Of a stretch of 64,000 bases of DNA, positions 11,873 to 23,418 are shown in pieces; position 1 is the first letter of the stretch; the number at the start of each line of letters is the position of its first letter. The DNA lies in the NCBI GenBank assembly GCA_051294905.1, contig CM119383.1:20832001-20896000 (forward strand), given 5' to 3'. A model generated the notes under the pieces. That model did no database searches. It had not been told where the DNA came from and saw only the letters and a list, made by a program, of their open reading frames with translations. The translations under genes were made by a program, and so were the position numbers. This DNA is from Botryllus schlosseri (lineage: Eukaryota).

Positions 11873-14851
11873 ATGGAAGAGGATTATATATCCAGGCTTC
11901 GGGATTTCTCAAAACTGGAGTTTCGCGCGAAAATAGAAGTGATCAGCAACGGAAGACCAACGCCGCAACTAAAAGGTTTGCTTCAAAATATGGGAAAGAA
12001 GAAAATGCGCACTTTTCAATCGGACTGGTATACCCGAAAAGAATGGCTGTGTGGCTGCGCTTTAAAAAATCGTCTTTACTGCTTTCCCTGCCTTTTGTTT
12101 TCAACTTCTATGTCTGGACTACCACGGGATATTGTGACTAGAAAAATTTGACACGAAGCCTCAGCAGACATGAGAGATCGATAACTCATATTCAAAGCAC
12201 GATTTCTGCAAAATATTTCGGAAATTCCAGGATCGATACGGCTTTGAACGAACAGCGGAGACTCGATATTAGCATCCACAATGCAAAAGTAACGGAAAAC
12301 CGAGATATTTTAAAAGACCTGATTAATGCAACCTGCTTGTTAGGTAAACAGGAGCTAGCATTTCGAGGAAACAATGAGAAGGCAAGCAGAGCTGTTACAT
12401 GCTTTTGCCGAGAAAGATGAAAGGTTGGCAAGACATTTGGAGACATCCAGTGTGTTTTCTGGCTTGTCAAATCGAACGCAGAACGATTTAATTGAGGCAG
12501 TCGGTGATGTAATTCGCAATGATATAAAAAGTGAGATTAATGCTGCCAAATTTGTCGCTGTAGAGGTAGACGAAACAACGGATGTCACAAATAAAGCACA
12601 GATTTCTGTTATTTTCCGCTATGTAGAAAAAGGGGGATTAGACTGTGTAGTCAAGGAGGCCTTTTTGGGATTTGATGACGTAAGTGAGGACAGACGAGCC
12701 TCTGCGGTAGCTTCGTATGTCTTGAGTGTATTGGAAAAATACAGCTGTGTCGAAAAGCTAGTAGCTCAGACATATGACGGGGCTGCTGTGATGGCATCAG
12801 AGCTTAATGGAGTGCAAACTAAAATTAAAGAAAAAGTACCAGGGGACATGTTCACACACTGCTATGCACAAGCTTAACCTTGTGCTCCAGCATTCAGCAA
12901 AATGTATGCCTGAGAGCAGAGCGTTTTTTAAAACACTTGAGGGACTAGGGCAGGGGCGCGGGCGACATACGACCCGCGGGCCGGATTCGGCCCGCGAAGG
13001 GATTTTGTCCGGCCCGCGGACAGTTTTCCATCTTACATCATAATGTGACCCGCAGCCCCAGTTTGCTGAGATTCCTTACTACTTGCTTACTACGTCAAAT
13101 TTTAGTGATCGTATGTTATTATATACGTGTATCCGCAGCGTGCGAGAGTGAAGCTTACGCGTAAGTTCGTCGAAGCGAGAAGACTTGCATTATCGGCATT
13201 TACGATGTACTCAACCCTAATATCGTCTGTGGTAATCATGGTGTTTGTCGACTACAATGATCATGATCATTTACACCAGGCTGATATATCTTATTTTTGA
13301 ATCCGTAACCGTCGACTTGTAGCACGTCACACTTCTAGGCTTTCGTAAGTCACCGCCCATGCCAGGGGTCGCTAACTAAAAACTGGTCATGGGCCTCATG
13401 AATTCAATATCGAGATTAATTAGGCCACATAGTTGAGAAACGACGCTATCTCGTAACCTACTCAAACCCTATTTAAATGATATCTTGGTAAATTTGGGGT
13501 ACCGGGCTAATCGAACGCCTTGAAATCTTAATTAGGCCTAAGGATTGCACCGTCTGTTCGTTGATCAGTTGGAAGCAGACATGACGGCGCCTGTATAACA
13601 ATGCTATTCTCAAATCCACAGTGTCTTCGTCATTATCGGCGAGAAATGGCTTTGAATTGACATTGCTGTCGTTAAAATACATTCATTAAATACGATTTAT
13701 TCCTTGTATACGCGGATAAATTGGCGAATAATGTATCGATTCAGCAATCCGGCCCGCCAAGTACCTAATTTTCCTATATCCGGCCCGCCGACTGGAGAAG
13801 TTGCCCGCCCCTGGACTAGGGTCATTTTTTAGCAAATCCTCGAAGCGCACCCTTTTATTGGATGAAGTTGTGAAACGGCGCTCACCATGAGCAGCGTCCA
13901 CAAGATGGAGTTCAAATTCCCGCCTGCTACAGACAACAAGCATGTACCAATCTGATCTGCGTGCCGTATTTCGCATCATTATTGAAAATCCTGACAATTG
14001 GGATAATGAAACTCAAATGATGGCCGCTGGATATTGTCGTTGGCTGACAAAAGCATCAACATGCTTTTTAATTATGGCATATGAAGACGTATTTTGTGAA
14101 ACCGATGCGCTTTTTAGAGTGTTGCAAAACAAGGTCATGGACATTGGCTATTGTTGTGCGCGAATCCAGGACACCATCGAAGCTGTTGAACGCATGAGAA
14201 GGGAGTTTAACATGATGTAACAGCGATTTGAACAGAAATGCAGTAGACTTGAAGTAACCGATAGCGGAAGAAATCAGTCGGTCAGAGATGAGAGAAAACG
14301 AATGTTCTACAGCATTTTGGATAACATCCTTGTTCAAACGAAAGCTAGGTTCGATCATTTTGGGGAGCTAGCTTTCCTCGGTTTGGTCGACTGTACAAAA
14401 TTTAATGAGATGTCACGACATTTTGATGACACCAAACTACAGAGCCTGTCAAAATATGCAAAGTTTTTTGACTTTGTTAGACTAAAGACTGACCTCATCG
14501 GACGGTACAGCTCGCAAACATTGAGGAATGAGTGAAAATCCAGGAGAGCTTCTGAGATTTTTAACCCAGAAAGATCTACTTCAGACGGTTCCAGAGGCCA
14601 TCAAGTTGCTCCAACTGGTGCTAACTGTGATAGCTACTACAGCGTCAGTGGAAAGGTCTTTCTCTGCGTTAAAAAGACTCAAGACATACAGTCGAAATAC
14701 GACCGATTCAGGGCGACTTTCATCTTTGGCCCTCATCTCAATTTAGGCGAAGAGACTTTTGAAACTGAAGGAGAACAAGGAGGACTTTTACAACGAAGTC
14801 ACAGAAATTTTTGTGGCAAAGGATAGGCGCATGGAATTTATTTACAAATAA
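11873..14851 (+). pseudogene. hAT transposase (TTF zinc finger / ZMYM1-like type), frameshifted and MITE-interrupted
   Basis: LYCFPCLLF, ELAFRG, VEVDETTD, QTYDGAAVM, HCYAHKLNL and TASVERSFSALKRLKTY (hAT dimerisation region). Confidence 0.88.
12951..13813. mobile_element. hAT-type MITE, 863 bp, inside the hAT transposase
   Basis: TIR caggggc(gc)gggc; TSD gactaggg (12943-12950, 13814-13821). Removal restores KTLEGLGSFFSKSSKRT. Confidence 0.9.
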
Positions 14852-16860
14852 TGTCCACAAACAGTGTCCGTTCCAATCCTTGAGACAATGTAATACCGAA
14901 ATTAAGTTCTTGAATAATATTTCTTGTGTTTCTTTTCATACTTTTCGTTGAGTAATCTGTAATAAATCGATTAAAACTGAATATTTCACGTGCGTGCGTG
15001 TTTGTGAGTGTGTGTGTGTGTGGGGGGGGGGGTCCGTGCCTCCCCAACCATGAACCTCACCGCACGTCACTGTGTACGATACACTTGAATCTATGGCTAA
15101 AGAGAAATCACCCGGTACTGATGGTCTTACTGTAGAATTCTACATCACCATGTGGAAAGCAATTGGCAGAAAACTTACACAGCTAGTAAATAATGCAATA
15201 CTACTAGGAAAAATGCCAAAAAGCTGGAAGTTAGCAAAAGTTATTTTGATCCATAAAGGGAAAGAAAAAAGGAAATTGGGGAGTTGGCGTCCCATCTCCC
15301 TACTCAACATTGACTATAAAATCATTGCAAAAATCCTGAACAAGAAACTGACCAATGAAATATCACCGCGATAAACCTATCGAAGGGTACATAATGACTA
15401 TCGATGCAAAAAAAGCATTTGACAAAGTGAACCACAGTATGCTAATCAAAATACTAGAAAAACTCCAAGTTACTCGCGAAACGCTAAACGCCATTAAAGA
15501 GATATATAACAACCCAATCGCAATAGTGGAAGTAAACGGACTAAAAGCAGCGGAAGTCACATGTCTAAGAGGCATTCGTCAAGGATGCCCTCTCAGCATG
15601 ACACTGTACGCCATAAGTGCTGATCCTCTAGCCAACAGGATAGATACAAACGAGAAAATCAAAGGAATAAGAATCGGAAGCATAACCCATAAACTGGACC
15701 AATTTGCTGATGACGTAACCCTATACATTAGCTCAACAGGCTCAATACATGAGATACTAGAGGAATACGACAAACTATATAAGGTGACGGGGCAGGAAAT
15801 AAACAGAGAAAAGACAGAAATCCTAGCACTGAACCTAAGATCACGATGTATCCTGCAAAGCTCGCCACATAGGCCTACGCACTTGCTTAGATCGAGTGCA
15901 AAAATCCTGGGCATACATCATGGAGAACAAGAAGAAGACTTCAACTATGGAAAAATAATACAAGGACTTCGAAAATCGGCTAACTTTATCAAATCCAAAA
16001 AAACTGTCATGGCTGGGGAAAATCACTGCCATAAAAGCTTTCATAATAACTAAAGTAACATATACTTATTCCAATAAGCAGTTGCGTAAAGAATATTTGA
16101 AGGAAATGGAAAAACTCTGATTCGATCTACTCTTTGAGCCCAGAGAAACTAGAGCAGAATAGCAGAAACACCCTGAAAAGACCAAGAAAAGAAGGGGGAA
16201 TCGGAATGCCAGACATTGACACGGCGGTGAATACGAGGAGAATCAAAAGGATGCAGGAACTATCCCAGCTCGACGAACCTAAAGAGATCTGGCACTCAGA
16301 GGCCGTATATAACCTCTCAACAAAGGTGAGAAGTAAAAATGCAAAGTTATACAAGAACAACTGTCCTCACAGACACAAACCAACGGAAAGCTTGGAAAAA
16401 GAAAGAGAAACATATACCTCGATATTGAGGGAAAACGAATATGCACACGAGCTTACCCAGTAAGAAGTATATGCGTTACTCCTCAGGCAGACAGCAACAC
16501 ATAAGGGAGAAGAAATGAAGAACTGGAAAAGGATATGGCTGTACGAGAACAACATCAAAGAACTCGTCAACAACAACCAGAGAGTCATATCCTACAGAAT
16601 TAATACCGAGAGTTATTTTACAGGATCAAGAAAAATGGCGGCTGGGTGGGAAAACACCAAAAACAAGAAGATAAAAAATAAATGCAAACTTTGCACGAAC
16701 GACGAAGAGACTCTACACCACTTATATGTAGAATGCGAAACTTACAAAAAAATATTTAATATCATCAGAAATGACCTGGAGGATGCACTCCAAACACACA
16801 TCGATGCCGAGCCTAAGAAGATAAAAACGAACGCGTACGACGGGCCACATGCCTCTACGA

Positions 16861-17404
16861 CAGGGCCGGCCAACCCGTGGCCCGCGGGCCACATGTGGCC
16901 CGCGAGAAGGTTTTGAGTGGCCCGCGAGGTAATTTCTGACATTAGTAATATTACCAATAATGGATTGCAAATTGTGAACACGCTTCGCGCAACATGTTGT
17001 CTCTCGATTTCTTGCTTTTAATATTGTTACCCCTTTCTGAAAATGAAAGAACGCCTAATGTATCAGATTGAGTCCAACTATATTCGCGATTACGAGACAA
17101 AGTGTCGTTCAACATATGCGACCTGGCGTTTCCGCTCGCAGAAAGACCGTCGACTATGAAACCTAGGCGCAAAATGATTGACGCATGTTGGTCGAAGTTT
17201 TCGATATCGATATGTCCATGCGCGGAATAGTCCATTCCTTGCAAACTGAGCCCAGCGATATACAGCAGGCCCGCAATATAGTCAAGTGACAATATTATTG
17301 ACCTATGAACTTAGAAAAATTTTCGCGCTTCGCGCGGCTAATGGCCCGCGCAATAGTTCGTCAATCAAATGTGGCCCTTTGGCTGAAAAGGTTGGCCACC
17401 CCTG
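16861..17404. mobile_element. hAT-type MITE, 544 bp, inside LINE ORF2
   Basis: Ends cagggccggccaac / gttggccacccctg; TSD ctctacga (16853-16860, 17405-17412). Confidence 0.88.
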
Positions 17405-17954
17405 CTCTACGATAATACCAGCATACATGGATCTCAAAACCGAAATATGGAGATGGAAAATATCCCTAGACATACAAAATGAGTATGCTGAAGAAATAGG
17501 AGCGCAAACCGAAATCATCCGAAAACGGATAAACGCAAACAGAGAAAGCCGAGCCCGTGAGCAAAAAAGAACGGAAGACACACGCGCGCGCGATTTGACG
17601 TAAACGTGTCTGTATATAAATGATATATGTGCGTAATATAGCCTACTTGTGGATAAGCTTACTTGAAGGAAAACTTGAACATTGCTAACTTGATGTATTC
17701 CATGAAATACTGTATACGTTGAACCCCACACTTATCATCATGCTTAACCATAAGATTAACATCTTAAAAGCTGATACAATTTATTTTTTGTGTGTGCACT
17801 TTGAAATAAAATCACTGAAAGTTAGATTGCAGGTCATGGCGAAGGTTACTGGTTCGAATCACGGTGTGACCTTGTTTTATGTGATCGGTGTTTAGCGTCG
17901 CTTGAGTCAGATATTCGGTTAGATTTAGCTTTGTAGAGTTGCTCGAGTCATAAC

Positions 17955-18165
17955 GCGCCAAGGGGTGGGGGGTGTAAGCGCGGTGCGTTTTCTCGCATCG
18001 CGCGGACGGTTTTTTCGCTTGTGCGCGGCTTTCATTGAAAACGCGCCAGCTGGGGGGGGGGTCGTAGCGCGGTGCGTTTTCGCGCATCGTGCGGACGGAT
18101 TTTTCGCTTGTGCGCGGCTTTCATTGAAAACGCGCCAGCAGGGTGGGGGGTGGTAGCGCAGCGTT
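17955..18165. repeat. Two to three copies of the about 90-bp GC-rich upstream repeat (same unit as 25.6-26.5 kb)
   Basis: gcgcggtgcgttttcgcgcatcgtgcggacggatttttcgcttgtgcgcggctttcattgaaaacgcgccagc unit. Confidence 0.85.
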
Positions 18166-18413
18166 GCGTGGGACCCTCTGGGACCTGCTCACGTTTCGGT
18201 GGTTAAGTTCAGTCAGTTTGTAGATGTCAGGGTGGATGAGTTTGCGTTATTACAGTCAAAGGCGACACCATATCTGTGTCAGCGTTTTTCAGGTCGCGTT
18301 AGAGCTACTCGGCCTTCATTTCTTCGAGTACCTTCTTCCAATCCGGGTTTTTCTCTTTCAATCATTGGTTCAGTAGCATATTCATTTTCATGTTTTTCGT
18401 TATTAGAAACAAA

Positions 18414-19031
18414 ATGGAGACCGTAATTAGAGCCTATGACAATAAAATCAATATCACAATATACCAAAACCGTCGAGTTACACTTGCAAACCTCATCATT
18501 AAACCAGGACTTTACGCGCGTTGGGTCGTGGAGGGCGACTCTAGAGTTACATGTAACGAAGATGGGAGATTAAAGTACAAAGTCCTACCGGGGTTTCCAT
18601 TCCATTCCAACGTCTCTTACCCGTCTACTTTGGACGTCTTGCAGGAAGACTTTCATTCTCCTCGACAATTCAAAGTTATCGAGTTTCAGGGCAACCTGTT
18701 CCTTGCCCCCCAGTGGCAAGGCCGTAAAACAGTAGCCGGCCTCATATTTTACGATGACTTTGAGGTCTTGGCCCATCTGTACTACGATAAGCAGGTGGAA
18801 ATCATACCATCTGGCCTCAAGCAGCCCGTCATTCTTAAAGTGGAAGAAAAACCGTTTGACAACGTCGTAAGGCCAGTCTTCCGTGCCGGTGGCCCTCCGG
18901 TCTATTGGAGGCCAAACCACGTGGCGGCGCAGCAGCAACCACCGCAGCAGCTTGCGGTTGTCCGTACGTTAGATGGAGTGGCAGCAAGGCCAAAAAGAAA
19001 TATTCGACCACCAGTCCGAATGGACTTGTAA
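18414..19031 (+). CDS. Family A paralog A2, 205 aa, unknown function
   Basis: Intact ORF, good ATG context, homologous to A1/A3, ends RPKRNIRPPVRMDL*. Confidence 0.8.
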   Translation: METVIRAYDNKINITIYQNRRVTLANLIIKPGLYARWVVEGDSRVTCNEDGRLKYKVLPGFPFHSNVSYPSTLDVLQEDFHSPRQFKVIEFQGNLFLAPQWQGRKTVAGLIFYDDFEVLAHLYYDKQVEIIPSGLKQPVILKVEEKPFDNVVRPVFRAGGPPVYWRPNHVAAQQQPPQQLAVVRTLDGVAARPKRNIRPPVRMDL

Positions 19032-19988
19032 TTTGACTCATTGTCGTTTCTTTAAGTTTCTTTGCTCTTGCTATTTGAAGTACCTTTGGACATTTAATTT
19101 TTTTTCATGCATTTTGCCATCTTTTTTATTTAAACTAAGTTAAATTAATTTATTTCTTTTGGGCCCATTTGCTACTATCATGTATTGCGTTATGTGTCGT
19201 TCTTATTTTGTTTTGCCCACTTGGTTCCAATATTTGTCTTGTTTTATTTTATTATTGTCAGGATTTTATCGCTTTTACCGCAATTTTAACCGCATTTCTC
19301 TTATTCGCTCTGTTTCTTTTTCAGATCGTATGCGTTAGTCTAAACGTGTTCTGAAACTAGGTGTTCTGAAACACTAGTTAACTACTGCAATGCGTCTACG
19401 ACAGAATGGGGCATAAAGACGTCGGTCTCAGCTTGTCGGTACAGTGCGAGGATGTCAAGCAGGGGTTGGAGTGAGGACGACTTTTCGTGAGAGAAGAAGT
19501 ACTGTGTAACAGTACGTGAACTTTAGTCAGCATTGCGTTGTTCGATCACGCCGTGCTTTCTAAAGCTTTATTTACTGTTACATACTCTCACAATACTATT
19601 ATAAAGTAGTTGTGCACGAAGTGTTTGTTCTTGCGAGGTCATGCTACAGTGTCTTGCCTGTCTTCCATGTGCTGTTCGAGTTGTACGTGCAAGGTTTGGC
19701 ATAACACTGTTTCGTGACATGGGTATCGTTGTCGCGAAACTGCCTGCTATGTGTCACTATGTCAACTTCAAAGTGCACGAGCTTGTCACACAAGTTCATG
19801 TTAATTGAAGTGAACATCGTGTTACAAAACATCGTAATAATCGTCGGACATAGTGCAATTAAGGATGCGCAAGTCTTGCTTAAAATTCTTTCTATGTTCT
19901 TACATGATGACACTCATGCTGTTGTGTGGAATCGTGCTTGCAATTGTTACTTGTAATTGTCTACAGATCCTAGACCTATATCAATATA

Positions 19989-20426
19989 ATGACTACGTCC
20001 AAGGCAAATGACGGAGAAGGGTATTTCGAGGAGACTGTATATCAATTTCACGCGTCGCAGCATCCTCACATTGTTCAGTTGGAGACGAAGACTTTACCGA
20101 TTTCTGCTGATTCTGATCCTGGACCCGAACCGGTTCCTGACCCTGAGGATCCAAATGCTTATCTACTTATTCCAGCCGACCTGAACGGCGAAGGTCGTAA
20201 AACGCTCATAACTCCTGAGCAATATGTGGCTTGGTATGAAGAAAGGTTTCCTGGTCAACAGGATAAGGTCCGGGATGAAGGTGCTCTTTCCGATGGGCCG
20301 GTACAAGTTTGTCCGGATTTTTCGCTCGGTGGCAATGAAGGAAAGCCTTTCGAGGAGGTCAAACAGACGACGCAGAAAAACAAAGATGCCGAAGTCCCAA
20401 ACTCAACGGCGTCTACTGAACAGTGA
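19989..20426 (+). CDS. Family B paralog B2, 145 aa, unknown function
   Basis: Intact ORF; core QHP.IVQLETKTLPISADSDPGP.PVPDPEDPNAY shared with B1 and B3. Confidence 0.8.
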   Translation: MTTSKANDGEGYFEETVYQFHASQHPHIVQLETKTLPISADSDPGPEPVPDPEDPNAYLLIPADLNGEGRKTLITPEQYVAWYEERFPGQQDKVRDEGALSDGPVQVCPDFSLGGNEGKPFEEVKQTTQKNKDAEVPNSTASTEQ

Positions 20427-20762
20427 TAGAGAATAAACAAAACTTGCAAATTTTTTTCGTCGGCATGAACTCAAACGTTACTTGTGCTTTCTGTTTCTTC
20501 GAATTCTTGTCGTTCGATACGCATTTGTCTTAGATGTCGCAGTATTTCTGGCGTTGTAATAATCAGTAAAGTATATCTTCAACTATACTATATTTCACGA
20601 AGTTGTCTGTGATATCTCCTAATTTGCGTTTACGGTAACATCATCCTCAATTTCTATGTAATCTAGCCGTATCAACTCTGATCACTTTTTATTTCGATAG
20701 CGTTGTTTTGCAAATGTTTAACAGTCGATGTTTTGTTTCTAAAACAGTACAGAAACTTAAAA

Positions 20763-21386
20763 ATGTCTCATAGAACTCCGACTAAAAGCCCTTTCGGAAA
20801 GGAGAGGAGGAAGAATCCTGATTTCTCCGTCGATTGGTATCAGCATTTTCCGAAAGATTACCTGAGGCCTTGCGGCCGGTCTGTCATTCCGGAGGACGTA
20901 TCCGACGAATCTATCAACAGTAAATTGCAGACCTTTAGCTGCGAATGGTTAACAAGGCCGGCAGTTGCAGTGTCCGAGTTTGCCGAAACGCTACTTCGAA
21001 ATCGCAACACCAAGCCTGCTATCGACGATATCATGGATCCGAGAGCTTTTCAACACTTCCACGCTCATCTGAATTCCGTCATCAACGAGGTCCGTCCTCT
21101 GTGGATAAGCCCGGCGAACCCGGCTGTCATTCGTAAAGGCATGAATGACACAACGCATGTGTCTCTTCAACACTCCGCACCGGCTACGGTTACTTCTCCT
21201 GTCCGGAATGCGGCTGAAACGGTTCCGGTTCCGATACTTGTTCGTTCTGATACAGAGACGATCGAGGATGCTATTCAAAGTGCTTCATACGACCAAGCCA
21301 ATGCGCAGCATGATATGGCTTCTCAAAATATGGTCCAGAAACCGAGCCAATTGCTGGAACTTTTGTTACAAAGACAAGAAAAATAG
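20763..21386 (+). CDS. Chimeric family C ORF (N-half like 29675 copy, C-half like 38005 copy)
   Basis: Near-identical to 29675-30038 up to about 21126, then matches the sequence from about 38648 (VIRKGMNDTTHVS...LLQRQEK*). Confidence 0.8.
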   Translation: MSHRTPTKSPFGKERRKNPDFSVDWYQHFPKDYLRPCGRSVIPEDVSDESINSKLQTFSCEWLTRPAVAVSEFAETLLRNRNTKPAIDDIMDPRAFQHFHAHLNSVINEVRPLWISPANPAVIRKGMNDTTHVSLQHSAPATVTSPVRNAAETVPVPILVRSDTETIEDAIQSASYDQANAQHDMASQNMVQKPSQLLELLLQRQEK

Positions 21387-21584
21387 GCACACGGAGTGAT
21401 AGCATGCAATGTCTTGCTTGTTTTACTTACTCTTGTTCGTCTTTTTGTCGTATGTTGTGTCTTTGTGTTGTTAGCGTATGCTTCTTCCTTGTTCTTCAAT
21501 AGTTCTTCGCTTATTTTCATTCCAATCTTTCAAGTAAATTGTTCGTTTTTAATAGATCGTTTGCAGTTTGGCCTTGTGATTCTT

Positions 21585-22200
21585 TGTCTGGATGCGTTGA
21601 AATCGAGTGCAGTGTTGAGAAGGTAGCAACGATATGTGAAACCTCACAGGCAGGGTAACGTCATATTATAGCTACCGTGCCCTAAAGTTCTGCATATAGT
21701 CTTACAGAGTTATCGCTGACACGGTTAGTAAGGTGATTTCAATACGAACAACTTGCAGGTCATATAGCTTCGTTTAAAAGCGATATGGTCTACGAAGTTA
21801 TACTTATTGATTCACATATCCGTTGTCGCAACGCCAAAAAGTTCTACGGAGCAGCTAATAACGCCGGGAGTGTACAAATCAGGTGTCACGAGAAGAACGT
21901 TGCTGACGTAGATAGTATCGACAATATGTGGAAAATTCAGCGCAGCATAGCTTAAATTACACCCATACGACGCCGAATTTTTCCATATTGAATCACGTAT
22001 TTGTCATTGTATGATCGTCGAGTTCAGGGCGACGAATAGCGATAGACCAGGACTCTAGGAGAAGCGTATCGTGTCATATGCGTAAACTGCACGATGCGAT
22101 CGACCTGAAAGTCTGCCATGGGATGTAGTTCGACGATTGGGTGCCACAAACAGTCATCCCATGCACCTCGTGCGGGCTGGGCGTGGTTGTGACGTCATAA
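21585..22200. repeat. Block T (candidate element 3'-terminal region); other copies about 23495-24075 and 39755-40391
   Basis: Three clearly homologous copies ending in stem catgggatg...catcccatg and gggctggg..gg.tgtgacgtcataa. Confidence 0.85.
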
Positions 22201-22299
22201 CAGTTAAGCACTTCTTACATGTTTCTATGTAGTGGCTTCCGTGTTATATCTACTTATTTATTTGCATAAGTATCTCTTTCTTGTATCATTACTACTAAT

Positions 22300-23112
22300 T
22301 AATTAACGTTTCTAGCACCCCCCACTTCTAGACGTCGTAGACACTTTATTTTGGTATCGTTAGAAAGGTCTCAGAAAACTCTCTTCGACGTATTTTTTGT
22401 CAAGTAGATTCGTCAAGTAGTTTTCGAGTAGTGGCTCTGTAAAGTAGTTTCAACGTAGTTTCAACCTCGTGAGTGCTCCCGACTTCATTTTTGTATCGTA
22501 CATTACTTATTGCAAGACCAATCTTCAGGCCAAGTATCAAGTAGATTCGTCAAGTAGTTTTCGAGTAGTGGCTTCGTAAAGTAGTTTCAACGTAGTTTCA
22601 ACGTCGTGAGTGCTATTGACTTCATTTTTGTATCGTTCATTACTTGTTGCAAGAGCAATCTTCAGTCCAAGTACCAAGTTATTTTGTCGAGTAACAAGCA
22701 TTTTATAGTACTTTTATTGTTTCGAAAGTGCTTTTAGCGATGTTCTGACGGCGCTACAGATGATTGCTTTCGGCATGAACTATCTATAGTAAAAATTTCA
22801 AGTAGATTGGTCCACGTCGGAAGAAGTTACGAAAGTCTTCGATTTTTCCCTGATATGTTTCCGCTATATGTATCCGGTTTTCATATCCGGATACGCTTTC
22901 AAACGAAAGCCCTATTCAATCTGCTTACGCTGAAAAAGATTTCATAGCTCTACGTGTTGTAGTTCTCCAGATATGCACGTTCAAGTAGTTTCAAAACTAC
23001 TTTTCAAGTACTACTTTTCAGCGGTTCATGCAAAATACTAGATATTTCGTCAGAAAATTCTATACAAGTCAAGAGTATTGCCCACGTTATTGTAGTTCAT
23101 TCACTTTAGCAC
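22300..23112. repeat. Block U (candidate 5'-terminal region) with internal about 135-bp AGTAG-rich repeats; second copy about 24170-24983
   Basis: tcaagtagttttcgagtagtggct..gtaaagtagtttcaacgtagtttcaac repeated within and between copies. Confidence 0.85.
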
Positions 23113-23115
23113 ATA

Positions 23116-23418
23116 TGTCTACTTTTAAATATTGTAATGTCGTGTTTGACTTACCACGAACTCCAGATGTACGCCAACGCGAATCAACTCTCGAAAACTG
23201 CCAACGACGAAATCGTGTCAAAAGAGTTTCACGAACGGTATGTACATCGTTTTCAATTCGATTCGCCACATTTCCTAGTCGTATTTATTTCAATATACAG
23301 GTTTTCACAACGCCTGCTGATGGCGGCGAACTTTGAAGCGGAGGGAAACAAAAAATACTCGTTCTCACGACGTCCGCTGATGGCGGCGAACTTCGACGCG
23401 GACACAAAAACAAAATAG
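23116..23418 (+). pseudogene. Family E paralog E2 (intron 23238-23300, frameshift near 23185)
   Basis: Homologous to 39315-39680 with the same 63-nt gtatgt...acag intron and the same terminal ...NFDADTKTK*. Confidence 0.65.

Larger units (their letters stand above)
10934..15072 (+). mobile_element. hAT DNA transposon, 4139 bp
   Basis: TIR cagtgacgtgcgg / ccgcacgtcactg; exact TSD tgtacgat (10926-10933, 15073-15080); encodes a transposase. Confidence 0.93.
10786..17603 (+). mobile_element. 5'-truncated L1/Tx1-like LINE ORF2 (RT plus C-terminal Cys/His finger), split by hAT 10934-15072 and MITE 16861-17404
   Basis: KSPGTDGLTVEFY, WRPISLLNIDYKI, IDAKKAFDKV, GIRQGCPLS, QFADD, CKLC...ETLHHLYVEC. 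Removing the hAT rejoins VAIERGEVY to DTLESMAKEK. Confidence 0.88.

Noticed and set aside
21585-22200. Protein-coding gene in block T
   Set aside because: All frames I translated on both strands contain stops or indels that differ among the three copies.
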